Source: Chrysomallon squamiferum (taxonomy: Eukaryota > Animalia > Mollusca). Taken from it: DNA of 64,000 nt. This document shows positions 1-64,000 of this stretch, piece after piece. The notes under the pieces were generated by a model. The model did not search any database. It was not told where the DNA came from and was given only the letters and a program-made list of their open reading frames with translations. The DNA lies in contig CM022669.1 in NCBI GenBank assembly GCA_012295275.1, positions 10,912,001-10,976,000 on the forward strand, read 5' to 3'. Position 1 is the stretch's first letter. Each line of letters opens with the position of its first letter. The position numbers were made by a program, and so were the translations under genes.

Positions 1-2035
1 CATCTCGTGTGGGTCCGTCAAATTGTTGTCCTTGAAATATTCTCGTTTTTTTTTTTATGTTCTCTCTAACAGATCTGATTTTTTTTTTTTTTATCGTGGT
101 AATGCACAAGCGTAAATGAAAAAACAAAAAAACTGTGGCCTTTTGAAACAAAAGATGCATTGTGATGACATCTGGTATTAGCAAGGAATGACGGGGGTAT
201 AAGAAATTCACAAACTGGATTAATGGATATGGCTTAAGTTCAAAGAATACAAAGAGGAATATTGTTTAATTAAGTCTAGACTGTTTTATTACAATACTAT
301 TAGGTAACGTTAAATATTGAAGAAAACAAAAAGTGTTTTATGAATAAATAAGAGAGTAATGATAAAGTATTTTGCTTCCATATTCATCTGTTACAAAATA
401 GTTGAGAATAAATTTTGAATTATAAATCACAAACAATGGACTGTTTAATATGTTATTACACATACAATAAGAGTGTATAATACGAGTAATGAAAGCATTA
501 ACGAAGAAATGATATAACATCAACAACAACAACAATAATAAGTGAGGTGCATTTACAATAGGAAGGTTGTCTCATTCCTTTTCATGATTTTAACCTGAAT
601 ATAATCGGCTATCTTTTAACATAACTATCACAAATATTAATATTTTAATATTAATATCAATAAATTTCTGTTTAACTAAAGTTTAACACACGTTAGCTTC
701 TTAATGCAATTTCCATAGACAGAAATGCATAATACATTACCCGTGAAGCATTAAACATCAGTTTATGACTGGAACCACTAAGATGTAATATCTCTATACC
801 TTGTCATTTCTTTTTAACATTATAACGATCGTAAAATTCAACAGCATTTGCCCAATATAGATGTGCTTGAGCGTTAAAATGACTGACTTACTGACAAACA
901 CAGTTATGTATTCAAACGAACGCTGAACTTTATCGTATATTAATATAACAAGAAAAACCAAATTTCATTTAATACTAGTTGCAGAAATCATACTGCATAA
1001 TGGATTTCAGTTTCAAACAATTCCTGCGCTCTCAGTATGAGCCCTTTATGAAGTCCAATACCACAAAACTGTATCTGTTGCAACCGAAGAACAGTAGAAA
1101 GTGTTACTGTAACAAATTTGTATCGGATACATAAATCATTATTAACACATTAACAATGTTGAGAATTTAGTATATACAAGTAAAACATTAAAGTATTACC
1201 CTATCTGATATGATGAATTTCATACCTACTTCTTACTTACAAGAATATTTACACAGTCTGTCCATTGTTGTTTTATATACGAGAAAAAAATGTTGTCAAC
1301 ATTTTTAGTGGGTTTATCATTTTTATTTATCTCACAGGACGTCAGCAGTAATTTTGGAGTGTGTTATGGTAAATTAACGAATTTATTTTAACAAATTGTT
1401 TATGAATTAAGAGAGAGAGAAAAAAAAGAAATTATGACTACCAACACTATAGTTGTTATTGCATTATCAGTACTGGTTAACGTAAGCAAAATGAGGTTCT
1501 GATAAGAACTGGAAACTAGGGATATTTTACACCCATCTACCCGAAGACAGGAGAGTACAGAGTAAGTCAGTTAAACGTGGCCGTAACACGACAGATCAGT
1601 GGGCGAAAAGGTATGAATAGGAAAGAAAAGAGGCAACAGAAATAACGAAATAATAATTTTTTAAAAAATATATGTTTTTAATTTTTTTATTGACTAAATT
1701 AAAACTGCGTTATTTGTTTATTTAAAAGTTCATTATTTATGGAATTTCCTACAGACAATCCTAGACTAATTCTGAAAACATCATAAACAATAACAACAAC
1801 AAAAGACCCCATATATGTTTCTCTCGAATCTTTGATGTGTTTAAAATAGGAAGGCTTAAATTCTTCTTCATACATCAAGTTAATCCTAGCCCTAGAACAC
1901 TGGCTGCTGCACTGATGTAACGAGTCCACGTGACCTGATTGATTTGACGTAATCTGACTAATCACCACGAGCCGCAAACTAAACAATCAAAATCAATCAC
2001 TCCATTGTTTTCTACACTGTAGAGTTCCAAGAAAC

Positions 2036-2124
<89 letters not shown>

Positions 2125-2404
2125 CATATATTAGTACCATACATTCAGAGAGACAGACAGAATAGAAAATTAAACTTTTTAAATCAGACGGGGAAAAGCA
2201 GACAAAAACAGTGGGATTATTATAGTTAGATTTTTGCCAGAAGGATTACATATCCAGTATTTCATATTATTGTGTTATCTTTCAGTTATTTTGGAATGCC
2301 AGAAACAGAAGGTGGCATCAATTTAGACAAAATTTACCTTGCTACCAAATATGACTGCTCTACGTCCTGAAACTGTATAACATATTTTATCAAAGCAAAA
2401 TGCG

Positions 2405-2580
2405 TTAGTGTCTGTGAGATCCAGTTCTACTTAATTGTACCTATGTCTCAATACTAGCGTCTATGATGTCCATTTCTACATAGTTGTATCTGTCTCTCAG
2501 TATTAGTGTCTATGGGGTCCATTTCTACATAGTTGTATCTGTCTCTCTGTACTAGTGTCTGTTCTTTTCTACATAGTTTC
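2405..2580. repeat. Degenerate ~49-bp tandem repeat, 3-4 copies
   Basis: catttctacatagttgtatctgtctctc at 2471 and 2520, with partial flanking copies. Confidence 0.75.
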
Positions 2581-4558
2581 ATCATAGAACAATGTAATCA
2601 GTATTAAATAAATATTCCATCACTCGTTCTTTCGTTCGAGTACTCTTTTTCTTTTTTTCGTTCTTCCATTCATTAATTCCTTCGCCGAATGTAGCATAGT
2701 ATTCAAGATAATGCTCACATATCTATTTTAAGTATGCATTATTACTTGAAAATTAATCAGCTTACTTGTATGTGAAAAAATATTTAAATTATCTGAAAAA
2801 GTTCTAGCATATGCAAAATATGAAAGTTAATTTCAGCAGTTTTCGCGTTATTAATATTTGGATTGCCAGCAATGTCGCATACAACTGCAATTTTGAAGAT
2901 TTTTTACAGTTCTATATTTTACAATATCTGAAAACATACAGTTCTATTGTCTTGCTAGACTTAACAACACAAAATTATTTCTCAAAAAAATTTCACAGGT
3001 TGAAGCGTGATTGTGTGGGCACATTGATTCCCGCAAAGAGAAAAAAAAAGACGGTGATAAATCCACTTAATCATTCTGTATTGAAACTGCGATTCCAATC
3101 ATACAACCGAAGTTGCGCAAAGGAACTTCAAACAAAGAAAACACATACCCCAACCAGCCAGACATTTCGCTAATTCAGAAAACGTGTGTGTATTTAAAAT
3201 ATGAAATTTAAGAGCAGATTTTAAAATCGTATAAAAAAATAAACTGGTTTATTTAGAAGAACATTGCATCAACAAGAATGCTCGATGTTGTTTCATGTCA
3301 TCTGCGGTTTGTTTCGCTGGCTGCTGGCCCAGTGTTTGACTGCGGAGATTTTTCTTATTGTTCAGGCTGGAGTCAGTGTGTGAAAACGTATCAGTAATGG
3401 AATTCAGAAACAGATTACAAAATGTGTTTGTGACAAAGCTGTGGGTTTAATATTTCAGTGGTTATATTTAGACAGATGTTCAGCTTGTGTGACGTAGATT
3501 AAAGCAGAGATGGTTCAAGTTGTTTCAGTGGATGAAAAAATATGATGGAGAATGAAAATATGGTCATTGTTGATCATGTGAAAAAAATAATAATATAAAA
3601 AAGTCAAAAATAAGACGAAAATGTTTCTCAAGAACTAACAAATCAAACCAAACCAAATAAATAAACAAACAAATAAATAAATAAATAACCAAATAACATA
3701 ACCAAAAACAAAGTAATTAATTCTTATATGTGTAGGTATGTACATATATGTATATGTATATATTTATGAACTTACGTATATCTGTAAGAACCTATGGATG
3801 TATATCTGTCAAAACGTGTGTCCGTACATAACAGTTTGTTTTACATGTTATTTATATAAGTATTTTTATAAAGTAACAAATTTCAAACAGCATTAATAAC
3901 ACTTATCTCATTATCCACAAACTTAGTACACCTGTACTGAACTATCCTAAATCTTTCTTATAACGAATCGATCCCGCATACCATCGCACAGCAGGCGACT
4001 GATTTATCACTCAACTAAAAGGATATTTTCCTTCTCATCGCCGATCTTAATCCTAACTATTTTAACTTAATCCTGACTGTATTGCAGCTTCGCAGAGAGT
4101 TTTTGTTATTTTGTGTTGCGCTACTGAAATGATTCCGTCCAACACCAAACAATGTTGTGAAAACCAGCGACATGTTTAAAATGAATGTCTGACATTGTCA
4201 CAGCACTGGACGCAGAAGAACTCATCTGTCATTGCGTGTAAAAGTTGTTTTTTGTTTCTCCAGTGAAGCAGAACATAAATAACTAACTGCGCAAGGTCAA
4301 GATGAGGGGTAAAAAATGGAGAAGACGTTACTAGAAATACGAAAAAAAACCCAACCTTGATGTCATAATAATGAACAAACTGGAAGATGAAAGTGGAGTA
4401 GAAATTAAAAGAGTTAGATAGATATAGATATTCACTCACATATAGCTGAGTTGAGAGGGAAAAACAGAGACAGAGAGACAGACAGAGACAGGTAGACAGA
4501 GAGACAGACAGAGACAGGTAGACAGAGAGAGAGAGAAACGAAGAAGCAGAAGAAGAGA

Positions 4559-4781
<223 letters not shown>

Positions 4782-5573
4782 TGTGACGGATACATATATT
4801 AAGATCCCCAAAAAAAAAACGGGGGCAAAAAATGTAGAAAGAGAATAAACGGATAAATGTGAGAGGAGTAAAAGATAGTGATTTAGACGTTAGAGATACA
4901 AGAAAATGAGAGAATTCACTGGAGAGAAAGACTGAGATAAACAAACAACGACAAAGTGAATGTCCGAGGTAAAGTGAGATACAGAAACTACGGAGACAGA
5001 CTGAAACAATTTATTTACTTTGAAATAAACCATAACTAAGTGTTAGTTATTTGAAATATAGCAAAAAGTATATGTGTTATTTTGTTTAATGCTATTTATT
5101 TATTTATTTATTATCATTTTCTTTATCAATATTGTTATGATTATTATTAGTAGTAGTAGTATTACTACTACTACTACTACTACTACTATTACTACTATTA
5201 CTGTCATCATCATCGTTATTATTTTTGTTTTAATTATTTGTTTTAGCAGTAATAGTAATAGAGGAGTAATAGTAGTAGTAGTAGTAGTTGTTGTTGTTGT
5301 TGTAGGAGTAACAACAGAAGCAGCAGCAACAGAGCAGTAGTAGCAGTAGGAGTAGTATAATTTTATTTGTAGTTGTAATCGTAAAAGTAATAGCAGTAAC
5401 AGTAGTAGTGTTTGTAATAGTAGTAGTAGCAATAATAGTAATCGTAGTAGTAGTAGCAGTAGTAGTAGTAATAGTAGCAGCAGTAACAGCAGCAGTAGTA
5501 GCTGTAGTAGTAGTATAACGGTAAATACTTCTATTATGATTCTAAACAATAACAAATTAATTTTTTTACTTAC

Positions 5574-61915
<56,342 letters not shown>

Positions 61916-61997
61916 CTGAAAACAAAACATTTCTTATTATTTAATTATTTTTAATTATATCAAAGTAAATAAAATAACATAATGCAAAAGAAGATAC

Positions 61998-62098
61998 CTT
62001 TCACTCATATAAAAATGTCTGTTCTTCCCAATAATTAGTCTAAACATTTTCTGCACATTTTCTTCCAAGGGATCGTTTGATTTCCAATTTATGATCAT
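61998..62098 (-). CDS. Candidate first coding exon (MIINWKSNDPLEENVQKMFRLIIGKNRHFYMSE-R); start could be ATG 62098, 62047 or 62008
   Basis: AAG|gtatct donor in phase 2, as the next exon requires; 82-nt AT-rich intron 61916-61997; open frame back to ATG 62098 with an in-frame TAA just upstream. No homology support. Confidence 0.4.
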
Positions 62099-62754
62099 TC
62101 TTTGTTAATAATAAAAGTTTGATAATAAAATAACAACCTGAACAATTCTACAGACATTGTCATTTCCCGGAGTATTTACACATTATTCTCCTAAGATGTA
62201 AAACAAATTCTAACAGACTGAGTAATACATTTGGTAACTTGCGGTTATCTTTATATGTGTAAAATAATAATAATAATTAAAAAAAAAAAAAAAAGTTTAA
62301 AAAGGGAATGGGAGGGTGATATATATATCACAGTTATCTTGTTGCTTATTGCCAATCATTATTATTATCAAGCACTAAAGTCTAGGTATAAATAAAACAA
62401 TAATCATAATGTATTCAAAATTATTTATGTAATCTTTTCGTACCAGAATAGATACACATTAAAAAAGAATATAACTATGTTTAACGACTTGAATTTTTTT
62501 TTTTTTTTTATTATTATTATTAAAAAGAGGCAATTATATTCTGAGATAAAATAAATAAATAAATAATGTATTAACTTGTCTGATGTTGTAGAAACAAATA
62601 AACAGGTACAGAAATATATTTTTGACTACAGTAAAAATATCTTTTTAATCAAGATATTTTTATTTGTTTATTTGTCATTACCATCATCATTATAATCAAT
62701 ATTATGATTACCTTCGTTATCGTCATCATCATCATCATCATCATCATTATTATT

Positions 62755-62793
<39 letters not shown>

Positions 62794-64000
62794 ATGTTAT
62801 TTATTTATTTACTCACTTATTATTTGTTCATTTATTAATTTAATTATTTACTTACTTACTTATTTGTTTGTTTATTTATCGCCATTCTTTTTGTTTTATA
62901 ATTATTTATTTATTCATTCATTCACTAATTCATTTTGAAAAAAACACACAAAAAACAAATGTAATTTGTAAATGTTTATACGTGTATGAAACTAAACTGA
63001 GCAAATAAAACTATATGTTCCACAATTTTCCTATTCACTTACTGCACACTAACGTCTACACTTGAAAATCTCAACACGACAGATTATCCTTAGTACGATA
63101 AATGTATCTACCACATTCCCGTCACTTACCATCAACATGAAACTTATCCCTTTTAAATTAAGTTTAGCAGATCAGAATTAGCAGCTGCCAGTATTGTAAA
63201 AAAAATAAATGTGTATTCTGTTCTTTTCTTAATTGTTGTGACGTAAAATTATTGTTGACGTCAAAGTTGCCTTTAACAACAGATGGTGAGTAATCGTAAT
63301 ATTTATTTATTTATTTATTTAGCTAGTTAGTTATACGTAACAAAAGTAATACTGTAGTAGTAGTAGTAGTTGCTGAAATATTGTAGTAATAGTCGTTGTA
63401 CGTAGTAATAGTAATAGTCATTCTACGTGGTAGTAGTCCTAGTAGTATTAATAGTAACAGTTGTAATGATATCTAGTAGTAGTGCAGTAATATTGATAGT
63501 TTTAGTACTAGTATTTGTAGTAATGGTAGCAGTAGTAGTAGCAGTAGCAGTAGTAGCAGTAGTAGTAATAGCAGTAGTAGTAGTAGAAGTAGCAGTTATA
63601 ACAGTAATTACTTGTAGTCTTGTACTAATAGTACTACTAATAATAGCGGTAATAATAATTAGTAATAGTTTAATAATAGTAGCAGTGGTAGTACTAATTG
63701 TCGTCAAAGTGATAGCAGTAGCAGTAGCAGTGGTGGTTGTATTTAGTCATTGCTGATTTTAGTAGAAATAGTAGTAATAATAATATTTAGTCCAAACAAT
63801 AGTGCTAGCAGTAACAGTAATAACAGTTAGTAGTAGTAGTCTTCAGTACAAACACAGCATTCCCATTAAAGAATGAAATAATAATAAAAATAATCACAAC
63901 AACAATAATAATACCAGTAATAAAAAAAAAAAATTCCTTTCAAATTGTGGCATAAAAGTTGTTAAATTGTTAAACGTCTGGTGTGACATTCGGTCAAAGG

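Noticed and set aside
2338-2366. 29-nt minus-strand micro-exon candidate (tttcag|DVEQSYLVA|gtaaat) as the next myosin exon
   Set aside because: Lacks the VF(L) motif expected after GxTK, and no compatible next exon was found in the window.

Overview
AT-rich, microsatellite-dense eukaryotic (animal, probably mollusc-like) genomic DNA. The ORF track is mostly simple-repeat artefacts. Reading the minus strand by hand gives 17 phase-compatible GT-AG exons (61915 down to 5574; 2089 nt, 696 complete codons, no stops). They encode an essentially complete unconventional myosin motor domain: DDL...Y/TYIGD start, P-loop GESGSGKT, switch [10 protein letters not shown], variant switch II DMPGFE, relay helix, loop 2, FVRCIKPN, and converter up to ELGTTK. 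From recalled family signatures (no search run), it resembles the class III-related lophotrochozoan class XXXVI motor found in myosin-chitin synthase fusions. No tail or chitin synthase exon is visible, so the gene probably continues past the left edge. Introns contain a ~1.24 kb tandem duplication, minisatellites (several abutting exons), complementary (GA)n/(CT)n tracts around one in-frame exon, paired-CRE elements, promoter-like GC islands and a candidate antisense signal-peptide exon. No CRISPR, rRNA, tRNA or intact transposon ORF was seen.
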